DNA from: Acidimicrobiales bacterium
GTDB taxonomy: Bacteria; Actinomycetota; Acidimicrobiia; Acidimicrobiales; Aldehydirespiratoraceae
DNA length: 64,000 bases
Reading direction: 5' to 3'
NCBI GenBank assembly: GCA_029247365.1
Contig: JAQWLJ010000032.1
Span: forward strand, 1,679-65,678
This document shows positions 9,684 to 19,125 of this stretch, piece by piece. The notes below the pieces were generated by a model. That model did not search any database and had not been told where the DNA came from. It saw nothing but the letters and a program-made list of their open reading frames with translations. Position 1 is the first letter of the stretch. Each line of letters begins with the position of its first letter. The translations under genes and the position numbers were made by a program.

Positions 9684-10643
9684 ATGACCGAGATCCTGCG
9701 GACCGACGAGCGCCATTTCGACGCACTGCCTGATTGGCCGTACGAGCCCCGCTATCACCACTGGAAGGACGTCCGGATCCACTACGTCGACGAGGGCCCG
9801 ACGGACGGCCCCGTGATGTTGCTTATGCACGGCATGCCAACGTGGGGCTATCTCTATCGGGCCATGATCCCGGTCTACGTGGCCGCCGGCTTCCGCTGCA
9901 TTGTGCCTGACCACGCCGGTTTCGGCCGCTCCGATAAGCCCACCGACCCCGCGTGGTACTCGATCGCCCGGCACACAGAGATCCTCACATCGCTCATCAC
10001 GTCGCTCGACCTGCAGAACGTGACGCTGCATGTGCAGGACTGGGGCGGCCCTATTGGTCTCGCCCAAGCGGCCACCATGCCCGAGCGCTTCGACCGCCTC
10101 GTCATCATGAACACGTGGCTGCACCATCCGGCGTTCGAGTATTCACCGGCAATCAAGAACTGGATTGCCGGTTGGCACGAGGGCGGGCCATTCTTCCGTG
10201 AGCGGCCCAACCTGGGCCTGATTCCGCTAATGGCGGGTGGTCTGATCGATCCCCCAACAGCCTTCGGTCACCTAACCGACGGTACCCAACCCGAGCTTGT
10301 GGGTGAGCTGGCGGCGAACTACGCCGCATGGTCAGCACCGTGGCGGGATCTTGGGGCCGAGGCCTTCAATGGGGCTAGATGGTTTCCGTTGTCGATCCCA
10401 CACAACGACTACGACTCGGGCAACGGGGCAGCCCAGACCTCCCATTTCCTCGCGCTGATGCACTGGGACAAGCCGGTCCGCTTCATCTGGGGCGGATCCG
10501 ACAGCATTTTCACCAGTGCCTGGGGCCAGTCCTGGGCCCAACAGATGCAGGCCTCGTTCGACGAGATCCCTGACGCAGGCCACTTTCTGCAGGACACGCA
10601 CGGTGCCCAGATCGCCGAGATGGTGCTCGACGGCGTCGGCTAG
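9684..10643 (+). CDS. Haloalkane dehalogenase-like alpha/beta hydrolase
   Basis: LRTDERHFDALPDWPYEP, HGMPTWGYLYR, GFGRSDKP, nucleophile motif VQDWGG, AGHFLQD. Confidence 0.85.
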   Translation: MTEILRTDERHFDALPDWPYEPRYHHWKDVRIHYVDEGPTDGPVMLLMHGMPTWGYLYRAMIPVYVAAGFRCIVPDHAGFGRSDKPTDPAWYSIARHTEILTSLITSLDLQNVTLHVQDWGGPIGLAQAATMPERFDRLVIMNTWLHHPAFEYSPAIKNWIAGWHEGGPFFRERPNLGLIPLMAGGLIDPPTAFGHLTDGTQPELVGELAANYAAWSAPWRDLGAEAFNGARWFPLSIPHNDYDSGNGAAQTSHFLALMHWDKPVRFIWGGSDSIFTSAWGQSWAQQMQASFDEIPDAGHFLQDTHGAQIAEMVLDGVG

Positions 10644-10649
10644 CCGCTC

Positions 10650-12443
10650 TCAGGCGTGCTCGCCGAGACCGCTGACCCACGCGGCATACAGGCTGGCGTA
10701 CTGACCGCCTGCAGCGACGAGATCGTCGTGGGTGCCGAGTTCAGCGAGTCGCCCATCGGCGACCACCGCAACCCGATCGCAGCGCTGGGATGTCGACAGC
10801 CTATGCGCAATCGCAATGACCGTGCGGCCCTGCATGAGGGTCTCCATCGCCGTCTCGACAATTGCCTCGGTCCCGGGATCGACCGAGGAGGTCGCCTCGT
10901 CAAGGATCAGTACCGACGGGTCGGCCAAAGCAGCACGGGCCAGAGACACGAGCTGCTTCTCCCCCGCCGAGAGACGACTACCGCGTTCCTCGACCTCAGT
11001 GTCGAGTCCGGCCGGGAGCGTCTCGAACCGTTCGAGGACACCGATGCGATCGAGGGCGTCGCGCACCTCGGCCTCGGATGCCTCGGGCCGGGCGACGCGA
11101 ATGTTCTCGGCGACGCTCCCCGAGAACAGGTAGCCCTCCTGGGGAACGACCACGATCTCACTGCGCAACGCCCGCACCGAGATGTCACGAAGATCGGTGT
11201 CACCCAGGCGGATGGAACCTGCCGTGGGGTCGTAAAACCGTGCGATCAGTTTCGCAAGTGTCGACTTGCCAGCCCCGGTTGGGCCGACGAACGCGACGCG
11301 CTCACCAGCAGCGATCTGGAGGTCGACGTCGGACAACACCGGGCCGCCGCCCACATACGAAAACCCGACGCCCTCGATGGTGATCGGCGAGCGGCCATCG
11401 GCGACGACGGCGTTGGGGCGATCGGCCACGAGCACCGGTTCGTCGAGCAGTGTGTACAGCTTGTTGAGCGAGGCTGTCGCTGACTGCACCATGTTGAAGA
11501 GCTGGCTGAGTTGCTGCACCGGCTCGAACAACGAGCTGAGGAGGAGAATGAACGCGACGATCGTGCCGATCGTCATCGCGTCTTCGCTCACCATCCATCC
11601 TCCGACTCCGAGCGCGACCGCAGTGGTCGCAGCGCCTGCGAACTCAACGATTGGGAGGTACCAGCACTGGATCCGGACAGCCGCCATGTGGGTGCGATAC
11701 AGATCATGGTTGGCTTGGGAGAAGCGGGCTGACTCGACGTGTTCACGGGCGAAGGCCTGCACGACCCGAACACCACTCAGCCCTTCCTGCAGCCCCGATA
11801 GCGTGTCGGCGATGCGGTCGCGAACCAGAAGGTACGCCTCGTTCGAGTCCCGCTGGAACTTGAAGCTTGCGGCCGCCACCATCGGCATGGCCACCAGACA
11901 GAGGAGCATCAACTTCCAGGAGAGAAGGAACAGAAGGATTGTCGTTCCGGCGAGGAGCAACGCTGCGCTCGTGAACATGATCAAACCGAACTGGATCAAC
12001 TCTTGCAGGGAGTCGACGTCGGACGTCATGCGGCTGACTAACACGCCGGCCTTCTCGCGATCGAAGAAGGCCATCGACTGGTGGAGCAGCTTGTCGAAAA
12101 CTCGCGTTCGCATGTCTCGCAGGAACGCCTCGCCGACCTTTGCGAGCTGAAGGATGGCAAACCGGAACGACGCGTAGCTCACAAACGCCAGCACCACGTA
12201 CATGACGATTGCGAGGTTCAGCTGCCCGCTGTCGCCTTTGACAATGCCCTCGTCAATTCCGTGACGAACGAGCAACGGACCGCCCAGGAGCGTGAGCGTC
12301 CACAGCACGAGCAACCCGACCGCAGCGACCCCGGCGCGACGATAAGCGCGGGCGTAGCCAAACGTCCGTCTGAGTACCGCTCCCGTTCCTGCCACGCCGA
12401 GGCGAGCGTCATCGGTCGTGCCGTGGGTCATGGACCAGCCCAT
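10650..12443 (-). CDS. ABC exporter, fused TMD-NBD (consensus Walker B half of a heterodimer)
   Basis: TM domain plus GPTGAGKST, LSAGEKQ, LILDEATS, IAHRLST. Confidence 0.92.
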   Translation of the reverse strand: MGWSMTHGTTDDARLGVAGTGAVLRRTFGYARAYRRAGVAAVGLLVLWTLTLLGGPLLVRHGIDEGIVKGDSGQLNLAIVMYVVLAFVSYASFRFAILQLAKVGEAFLRDMRTRVFDKLLHQSMAFFDREKAGVLVSRMTSDVDSLQELIQFGLIMFTSAALLLAGTTILLFLLSWKLMLLCLVAMPMVAAASFKFQRDSNEAYLLVRDRIADTLSGLQEGLSGVRVVQAFAREHVESARFSQANHDLYRTHMAAVRIQCWYLPIVEFAGAATTAVALGVGGWMVSEDAMTIGTIVAFILLLSSLFEPVQQLSQLFNMVQSATASLNKLYTLLDEPVLVADRPNAVVADGRSPITIEGVGFSYVGGGPVLSDVDLQIAAGERVAFVGPTGAGKSTLAKLIARFYDPTAGSIRLGDTDLRDISVRALRSEIVVVPQEGYLFSGSVAENIRVARPEASEAEVRDALDRIGVLERFETLPAGLDTEVEERGSRLSAGEKQLVSLARAALADPSVLILDEATSSVDPGTEAIVETAMETLMQGRTVIAIAHRLSTSQRCDRVAVVADGRLAELGTHDDLVAAGGQYASLYAAWVSGLGEHA

Positions 12444-14347
12444 CAGACAGCCCCTCCATCCTCGGCGTCGCGGTCGGCGGCCAAGACCTCGCGATAGCGA
12501 CTACTTGATGCGAGCAGCTCCTCGTGTGTGCCCGAAGCGACGATGCAGCCCTCGACGAGGAGGACCACCCGGTCGGCGAGCGCTATGGTTGCTGGGCGGT
12601 GAGCGATCACGATCGTTGTCCGCCGCTCCATGACTTCACCCAGCGCGTCGCGGATCTCGTGTTCCTTGGTCGGATCGACTGCCGACGTCGCGTCGTCGAG
12701 TACCAACACCCGTGGATCGGCGAGAATCGCTCGGGCGATGGCGATGCGCTGGCGCTGCCCACCCGACAGAGAGAAACCGCGCTCGCCGATTTCGGTGTCG
12801 TACCCCTCGGGAAGCTCCCGGATGAATTCGTCGGCTCCAGCTAATGCTGCCGCCCCGACGACGGCGTCGAGATCGGCCTCGGGGTCGGCGAAGGCGATGT
12901 TGTCGCGGATCGATGACGAGAAGAGGAAGGTCTCCTCGAAGACAATCGAGACGGCCTTGCGTAACTCGCGGCGTTGGATCTTCTGGATGTCGACGCCGTC
13001 GATCATGATCGATCCGCCATCAGCCTCGTAAAACCGGGGCAGCAGCCGGGCGATGGTCGACTTGCCTGAGCCGGTCGGACCCACCAGCGCCACGGACTCA
13101 CCCGGCTCGATCGTGAGCGACAGCCCCCGCAGCACTCCTGCGCCGGTGGCGCCGGGGTGGTAGTCGAAGTCGACGTTGCGGAGTTCGACGCGCCCGAGGG
13201 CTCCGGTGCGGGGCAGAGGCGTCGGCGTGGCGGGGTCGGTGATCGCGGGCGCGGTTTCCAGTACCTCCGCAATTCGCACACCAGCAGCCGAAGCCCGCTG
13301 ACCGTTGGCGACGATCATGCCAAGCATCCGCAGTGGCTGGATCAGCATGATCACGTAGATGTTGAAGCTGACGAGTTCGCCCACGGTCATTTCGCCGTCG
13401 AGTACCAGGTGGCCGCCGTAGCCAAGCACCGTGATGAGTCCGATTGAGGGGAGGAGTTCCATGCCGGGGAGGTAGCGGGCTCGAATCGCCGACGATGCCA
13501 GCGCTGCGTCGTGAACGTCGTCGGCCTCGTTCGCCAGCTTCTCGGCCTGGACTGGCTCCGAACCGAAACCTTTGACGACTCGGACGCCCGACACCGACTC
13601 CTCGACCACGGTGGCGAGTTCGGCGGACTCTTGCTGAACGCGCATGATTGCCGGGTTGAGTTCTTGGGCGAACTTCCGGCCGAGGACGTTGACCAAGGGC
13701 AGCGACGCCAGCGCCAGAAGCGCCAAGAGCGGTTGCAGGATCAACATGATGATCGTGACGGTGACGACGATCAAAAAGTTGCCGAACGTCAGTGGTACCA
13801 GGGTCACGAAGTTCTGGAAGTGCTGGAGGTCGGTGTTACCCCGGCTCATGAGTTCGCCGGTGGCGTTGGCATCGTGAAACGAAAAGTGCAGACGCTGGAC
13901 GTGGGCGAAGATCCGGTCGCGAAGCCGGGCTTCGATGATGCGGGCGTTGCGGAACGCAAGATAGCGCCGGAAGCCGAGGAAGGTGGCGGAGAACAAGCCG
14001 GCCCCGACAATGGCGAGGCTCCATGGCAGCAGCGGACCACCCTCCTGCACACCCCGGTCGAGCCCGAGCTGGATCAGGAGCGGCACAGCGACGCGGCCAG
14101 CGGTGTAGAGCAGGCCAGCAAGCATGCCAAGGGCGATGCCGACCCACTCCTCGCGGGCGGTCGTGGCGATGAGGGACCACCCACGCCGACTTGACCCGTG
14201 GACACCATCGGCTGACGATCTCAGCCGGTCACCCTTGTCCTGTCTGGCACCCGGTGTCATCATCGTCAGCGTGACCGCCCCCTTTCGCGCCCCAACTTCA
14301 CACGCGCAAACCGGCTCGTCCAACCAGATTCGTGTCCAATGCGTCAC
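12443..14347 (-). CDS. ABC exporter, fused TMD-NBD (degenerate Walker B half); true start probably about 14263
   Basis: TM domain plus GPTGSGKST, LSGGQRQR, LVLDDATS (D in place of the catalytic E, typical of heterodimeric exporters). Confidence 0.9.
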   Translation of the reverse strand: MTHWTRIWLDEPVCACEVGARKGAVTLTMMTPGARQDKGDRLRSSADGVHGSSRRGWSLIATTAREEWVGIALGMLAGLLYTAGRVAVPLLIQLGLDRGVQEGGPLLPWSLAIVGAGLFSATFLGFRRYLAFRNARIIEARLRDRIFAHVQRLHFSFHDANATGELMSRGNTDLQHFQNFVTLVPLTFGNFLIVVTVTIIMLILQPLLALLALASLPLVNVLGRKFAQELNPAIMRVQQESAELATVVEESVSGVRVVKGFGSEPVQAEKLANEADDVHDAALASSAIRARYLPGMELLPSIGLITVLGYGGHLVLDGEMTVGELVSFNIYVIMLIQPLRMLGMIVANGQRASAAGVRIAEVLETAPAITDPATPTPLPRTGALGRVELRNVDFDYHPGATGAGVLRGLSLTIEPGESVALVGPTGSGKSTIARLLPRFYEADGGSIMIDGVDIQKIQRRELRKAVSIVFEETFLFSSSIRDNIAFADPEADLDAVVGAAALAGADEFIRELPEGYDTEIGERGFSLSGGQRQRIAIARAILADPRVLVLDDATSAVDPTKEHEIRDALGEVMERRTTIVIAHRPATIALADRVVLLVEGCIVASGTHEELLASSSRYREVLAADRDAEDGGAV

Positions 14348-15942
14348 ACCCGACGCAGAACCTGCCCGGCGTGTTCGGGGCGGCGTATGCCCTCGTGAAA
14401 CGCAGTAACACCGTTGACCCAGACATGCTCGATCCCGTCGGCATAGATCGTTGCATTCTCGAACGACGAATTGTCGCGGATCGCCCCAAGCTCGAGCACC
14501 ACGACATCGGCCGCTGCCCCTGGCCGCAGGTAACCACGGTCGACGAGACCAAGCCGATCCGCCGGTAGGCCCGACAGACGACGGATACCGTCCTCGAGCG
14601 ACAGCACCTGCTCGTCACGGACGTAGTGGCCCAGGAAGCGGGCCACCCAGTTGTAGCCGAGCATGCTGAACATACGGCCCGCAAGCGGACCATCGTTGGC
14701 CATTGCCATGGTGTCGGACTCGACCGCGCACATCGGATGTTCAAGTGCGAGTCGGTTGTCGGACTCGGCAAACGCCTCACTGGTGAGGAGCATGCCTTTG
14801 AGCCGCGGCCCTTCGTCGATCAGGAGGTCGAAGAGCGTGTCCCAGCCGTCGGCGGTGTTTCGTTCGACGCCGATGTACTCCATGGTCTTGCCCACGAGGT
14901 CGCGGTTGGCTGCGCAGTCGAGGAGACGGATGCGATCCCACTGTCCCTCAACCGCCAACTGCCACATCGGGAGCGGGTTATCGCGAAGCCGCCGGCGGCC
15001 GTCTTTCGACGCCAACGTGGCGAGCAAATCGTCGATCGAAAGCCCAAACGACCAGGTCGGCAGCAAGGCGGTTGCGCCGGTGTGGTTCCAGTTGGTCGGC
15101 ATCATGTCCATCGCAACATCGACACCCTCAGCCCGAGTCCATTCGATCATCTGCAACGTGTTGCGGAGCGCATCGTCGGGACGACCGTGCTTGGGGTTGA
15201 TGTGGCTGATCTGCAGCCGCACACCAGTGTCGCGGGCAACGTCGAGCGCCTCGCCGAACCCAACGAAGTAGCGCTTGTCGCGGTTGCGAGCGTGGGTGGC
15301 GTACAGCGCGCTGGCGTCGGCGGTGACCGCGCAGAGTGCCCGAACTTCGTCGTAGGTTGCCATTTTGCCAGGGTGGTACTCGAGGCCAGTGGTGAAGCCA
15401 AAGGCGCCCTCCTCGAGTGACTGTTCGAGGAGTCGGACCATCTCGGCAATCTCGGCATCGTCAGCGGGGCGCGGCTGATCAGCACCCATCACCGCAGTGC
15501 GTACCGCACCGTGGCCAACGAACCCAACCACATTCGTGGCGATGCTCGCCGAATCCATCTCGGCGAGCAGCTCGCCATAGGTGTGCCAGTGACCGCGCTC
15601 CTGGGAGCCCATCGCCTTGAAGACCTCCGGCCGGCTCTCGGCCGTGCACGGCGCAAGGCTGATTCCGCACTGGCCGATTGCTTCGGTCGTCACCCCTTGC
15701 CGGATCTGACTCTCGGCGCGCGGGTCGATCAGATGGGCGAGATCACTGTGGGTGTGAATGTCAATGAACCCAGGTGCCACGATCTTGCCCCTGGCGTCGA
15801 CAACCTCTGGCGCAATCGCGGCGGCCAGATCGTCGAGCAAGGCAACCCGACCATCGACGATCCCCACGTCGGTGACGCAGGCCCGCCCACCGGTCCCGTC
15901 GATGACCGTGCCGCCACGGATGATCGTGTCGAAGGCAGCCAC
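14344..15942 (-). CDS. N-acyl-D-amino-acid deacylase (D-aminoacylase family amidohydrolase)
   Basis: IIRGGTVIDGTG, PGFIDIHTHSD, GVTTEAIGQCG, LQISH, RGYLRPGAAADVVV. Confidence 0.88.
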   Translation of the reverse strand: MAAFDTIIRGGTVIDGTGGRACVTDVGIVDGRVALLDDLAAAIAPEVVDARGKIVAPGFIDIHTHSDLAHLIDPRAESQIRQGVTTEAIGQCGISLAPCTAESRPEVFKAMGSQERGHWHTYGELLAEMDSASIATNVVGFVGHGAVRTAVMGADQPRPADDAEIAEMVRLLEQSLEEGAFGFTTGLEYHPGKMATYDEVRALCAVTADASALYATHARNRDKRYFVGFGEALDVARDTGVRLQISHINPKHGRPDDALRNTLQMIEWTRAEGVDVAMDMMPTNWNHTGATALLPTWSFGLSIDDLLATLASKDGRRRLRDNPLPMWQLAVEGQWDRIRLLDCAANRDLVGKTMEYIGVERNTADGWDTLFDLLIDEGPRLKGMLLTSEAFAESDNRLALEHPMCAVESDTMAMANDGPLAGRMFSMLGYNWVARFLGHYVRDEQVLSLEDGIRRLSGLPADRLGLVDRGYLRPGAAADVVVLELGAIRDNSSFENATIYADGIEHVWVNGVTAFHEGIRRPEHAGQVLRRV

Positions 15943-15943
15943 C

Positions 15944-17554
15944 TCAAGCGAACGTCACGCCGGGGAAGCCCTCGGCGATCAGCGAGTCGACAAGGCGGTT
16001 GTATCGGGGTGCCCCTCCGAAGTACGCCTGATATCGGATCGTTCCTTCCTGGTGCCCGGCCACGTTCGAGTTGTAGCCGGTGAACCAGCCCTTGCTGTCG
16101 CGTATCAACAGTCGCTCCTGATACTTTTTGACCTCGTCGACCCACTCGGCTTCTGCCTCTGCCTCTGCTTCAATGCGCGTGTGGCCATTCGCGTATGCCT
16201 GCCTGAGTAGCTCGGCCATCACATCGACGCTGCCTTCGATCGCTCGGGGGAAGTTGGTCGATCCGGAGACGCTCTGCGGGCCGGCCACCATGATCACGTT
16301 CGGAAACCCGTGGCTCAGGACGCCGACGAACGTGCTGGGACTGTCGCGCCACCGGTCGGCGAGTGTTTGCCCGCCGACTCCCTCGATTCGTATCCGGTCA
16401 TAGGCGCCGGTGATGGCGTCAAACCCCGTTGCGTAGACGATCAGGTCAAGGTCGTGGTGGCGTGCAGCCGTCTGGATTCCCGTTGCCGTGACCCGCTCGA
16501 TCGGATTCTCCTTGACATCAACCAGGTGCACGTGGGGACGGTTGTAGGCCTCGAAGTAGCCACTCTCGAGTGGAAGCCGCTGAAGCGCGAATCCATGGTC
16601 ACGCGGGATGAGCTTCTCGGCCGTCTCCGGGTCGTCGACACGGGCGCGGATCCGGTCTGCGATGTAGTCGGATAGTTCCTGATTGGCCTTCTCGTCGAAG
16701 TAGATCTCGGCGTAATTGGCTCCGGTGATCGCGAAACCGGGTTCCTGGTAGAGCTCGTCCCACAACGTGCGGCGCTCCTCAGGGGTGTCGTCCCAAAATC
16801 CCCATCTCGGCACGTGTTCGAAACCGCCTGGCGTCGCTGCACAGTTTGCGAAAATCGTGTCGTAGCGAGAGCGGATATCGGCCATCTCCTCCTCACTGAT
16901 CAGCCGATTGTTAAGAGGCGAGCTCCAGTTGGGTCGCCGCTGAAACACCGTGAGGTCTCCGACCTTGTCGCAAATTGCCCCAATGATCTGGATTGCGGTG
17001 GCACCGGTGCCCACGATCCCCACCTGCTTCCCCGAGAGATCGACCGGCTCGTCGGGCCAACTATGGGTGTGCCACCAGTCGCCTTCGAATTCGTCACGAC
17101 CCTCGAAGTCCGGCACGGTCGGCATTGACAGTGGACCGATGCTCGGGACCACGAAACGGCTAACGAACACTGTGCCATCAACGAGGCGCAGCCGCCAGAC
17201 ATGAGCGTCGTCGTCCCACACCATCCGCTCGACGCGGGAATCGAAGCGCATGTGCCGCCGCAGGTCGAACGTGTCGGCGACAAAGTTCAAATAGCGGAGA
17301 TTTTCGGGCTGGCCGGAGAACAACTCCTTCCAGTGCCACGCGTCGAGAATCTCCTGAGACCACGAGTACCCGTAGGTATAGCTCTCGGAGTCGAAGCGAC
17401 ATCCGGGGTAGCGGTTGCGGTACCACGTTCCCCCCAAGTCGGCGTCGGCTTCGAGCACGATGGCGTCGAGCCCAAGGTCGGTGAGGCGTTTGATCCCGTA
17501 GATCCCAGAGACACCGGCGCCGAGGATGACTGCGTCGTGTACGTGCTCGCTCAC
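15944..17554 (-). CDS. Baeyer-Villiger monooxygenase (cyclohexanone monooxygenase family)
   Basis: GAGVSG, GGTWYRNRYPGCRFDSES, BVMO fingerprint FEGDWWHTHSWP, GTGATAIQ, ATGFDA. Confidence 0.92.
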   Translation of the reverse strand: MSEHVHDAVILGAGVSGIYGIKRLTDLGLDAIVLEADADLGGTWYRNRYPGCRFDSESYTYGYSWSQEILDAWHWKELFSGQPENLRYLNFVADTFDLRRHMRFDSRVERMVWDDDAHVWRLRLVDGTVFVSRFVVPSIGPLSMPTVPDFEGRDEFEGDWWHTHSWPDEPVDLSGKQVGIVGTGATAIQIIGAICDKVGDLTVFQRRPNWSSPLNNRLISEEEMADIRSRYDTIFANCAATPGGFEHVPRWGFWDDTPEERRTLWDELYQEPGFAITGANYAEIYFDEKANQELSDYIADRIRARVDDPETAEKLIPRDHGFALQRLPLESGYFEAYNRPHVHLVDVKENPIERVTATGIQTAARHHDLDLIVYATGFDAITGAYDRIRIEGVGGQTLADRWRDSPSTFVGVLSHGFPNVIMVAGPQSVSGSTNFPRAIEGSVDVMAELLRQAYANGHTRIEAEAEAEAEWVDEVKKYQERLLIRDSKGWFTGYNSNVAGHQEGTIRYQAYFGGAPRYNRLVDSLIAEGFPGVTFA

Positions 17555-17622
17555 GAGGCCCGACCTTAGATCGCAGCAAACAGCTGCAAGGCATTCACGC
17601 GTTTGGACTTCCGTGCGAAAGA

Positions 17623-18954
17623 ATGGAACCTATGAGCGATACCACGACCGAACGCGGCGACGTCCTCCCCGTCATCCAGCGCACGCCCGAGACCGAGATG
17701 GTCGAGAAGGGTGCCAATGTCGGCGCGGCCTCCGACCTCGCGCTCGCCGACATCAACCCCCTCAATGCGCACCTGTTCCGAGAAAACCGGTTCCAGGATC
17801 ATTTCGCCCGGCTGCGAGCCGAAGACCCGGTCCATTTCAACGAGCTCGAAACCTCGGGCCGGTACTGGTCGGTCACCAAGTATGACGACGTACGTGCGGT
17901 CGACGGCGACCACAAGACCTTCTCGTCGGCATCGGGCATCACGCTCGGCCTCGATCCCAACCGAATGCGAGAGGAGAACGACCCCGGGATCATGTCCTTC
18001 ATCGCTATGGATCCCCCGACCCATACCGATCAGCGGAAAACCGTCCGCGCGGTGTCGGCGCCCAGCAGCCTCCGCAACCTCGAGCCCACGATTCGTGAAC
18101 GCACGATCAACGTCCTCGACTCCCTCCCCGACGGGGAGACGTTCGACTGGGTCGACACGGTATCGATCGAGCTCACCACGCTTTTGCTCGCCTCCCTTTT
18201 CGACTTTCCCCTCGAGGATCGCCGCAAGCTCACCCTCTGGTCCGACATCACCTTCGCCGTGCCGCAGCCCGGCGGGATCATCGAGACGGTGGAAGAGCGC
18301 CGAGACCACTTCATGGAGATGGTCGCCTACTTCGATCGGCTCTGGGCCGAGCGGCGAGGCGGCGACGGATTCGATCTCGTCACGATGCTCGCGAACGGTG
18401 AATCGACCAAAGAAATACCGACCTTCAAGCACCTAGGCAACCTGCTGCTGTTGATCGTCGGCGGCAACGACACCACCCGCAACACGATGTCAGGCAGCGT
18501 CTTTGGCCTCAACCAGTTCCCCGATCAGTACGACAAACTCAAAGCCAATCCTGAGCTCGTCGCCAACATGGTCCCCGAAATCATCCGCTGGCAGACCCCG
18601 CTGTCATACATGCGCCGCACGGCCACGCGCGACACCGAACTGGGCGACAAGCAGATTCTCGAAGGGGACCAGGTGCTGATGTGGTACGTGTCGGCCAACG
18701 CCGATGAAGACGTGTTCGAAGACGCCGAGCGCCTCAATATCGAGCGCCACAACGCCGACCGCCATCTCTCATTCGGCTACGGCATCCATTTCTGCATGGG
18801 CAGCCGACTCGCCGAACTGCAGCTCCGTGTGCTGTGGGAGGAGATCCTCAACCGCTTCGAGCACGTGGAGGTCGTCGGCAAGGAAGAGCGCACGCTGTCG
18901 TCGTTCGTCCACGGCTACACCCACCTTCCAGTGCAGGTGCATCGCAAGAAGTAG
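17623..18954 (+). CDS. Cytochrome P450, CYP153-like
   Basis: FIAMDPP, LLIVGGNDTTRN, EIIRWQTPL, heme motif HLSFGYGIHFCMG. Confidence 0.92.
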   Translation: MEPMSDTTTERGDVLPVIQRTPETEMVEKGANVGAASDLALADINPLNAHLFRENRFQDHFARLRAEDPVHFNELETSGRYWSVTKYDDVRAVDGDHKTFSSASGITLGLDPNRMREENDPGIMSFIAMDPPTHTDQRKTVRAVSAPSSLRNLEPTIRERTINVLDSLPDGETFDWVDTVSIELTTLLLASLFDFPLEDRRKLTLWSDITFAVPQPGGIIETVEERRDHFMEMVAYFDRLWAERRGGDGFDLVTMLANGESTKEIPTFKHLGNLLLLIVGGNDTTRNTMSGSVFGLNQFPDQYDKLKANPELVANMVPEIIRWQTPLSYMRRTATRDTELGDKQILEGDQVLMWYVSANADEDVFEDAERLNIERHNADRHLSFGYGIHFCMGSRLAELQLRVLWEEILNRFEHVEVVGKEERTLSSFVHGYTHLPVQVHRKK

Positions 18955-19125
18955 GCCAATGTCGCCAACATGATCGAGGCGATGACGACTGAGGCAGTGC
19001 CGCCCCTGAACGACTGATTGCGTCGCCAACATGAGACCCAGCGGCGCGTGCCGAGAGCAGGACCGAGCAGTCCTCGCGCCGGCCGAATCGGTGCGGCGCC
19101 GACCCATCGTGTAGCAACGGCAGCG

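Noticed and set aside
16145-16172. (GAGGCA)n-like repeat encoding EAEAEAEAE in the BVMO
   Set aside because: It falls in the normally Glu/Ala-rich IEAxxEAExxW helix of BVMOs.
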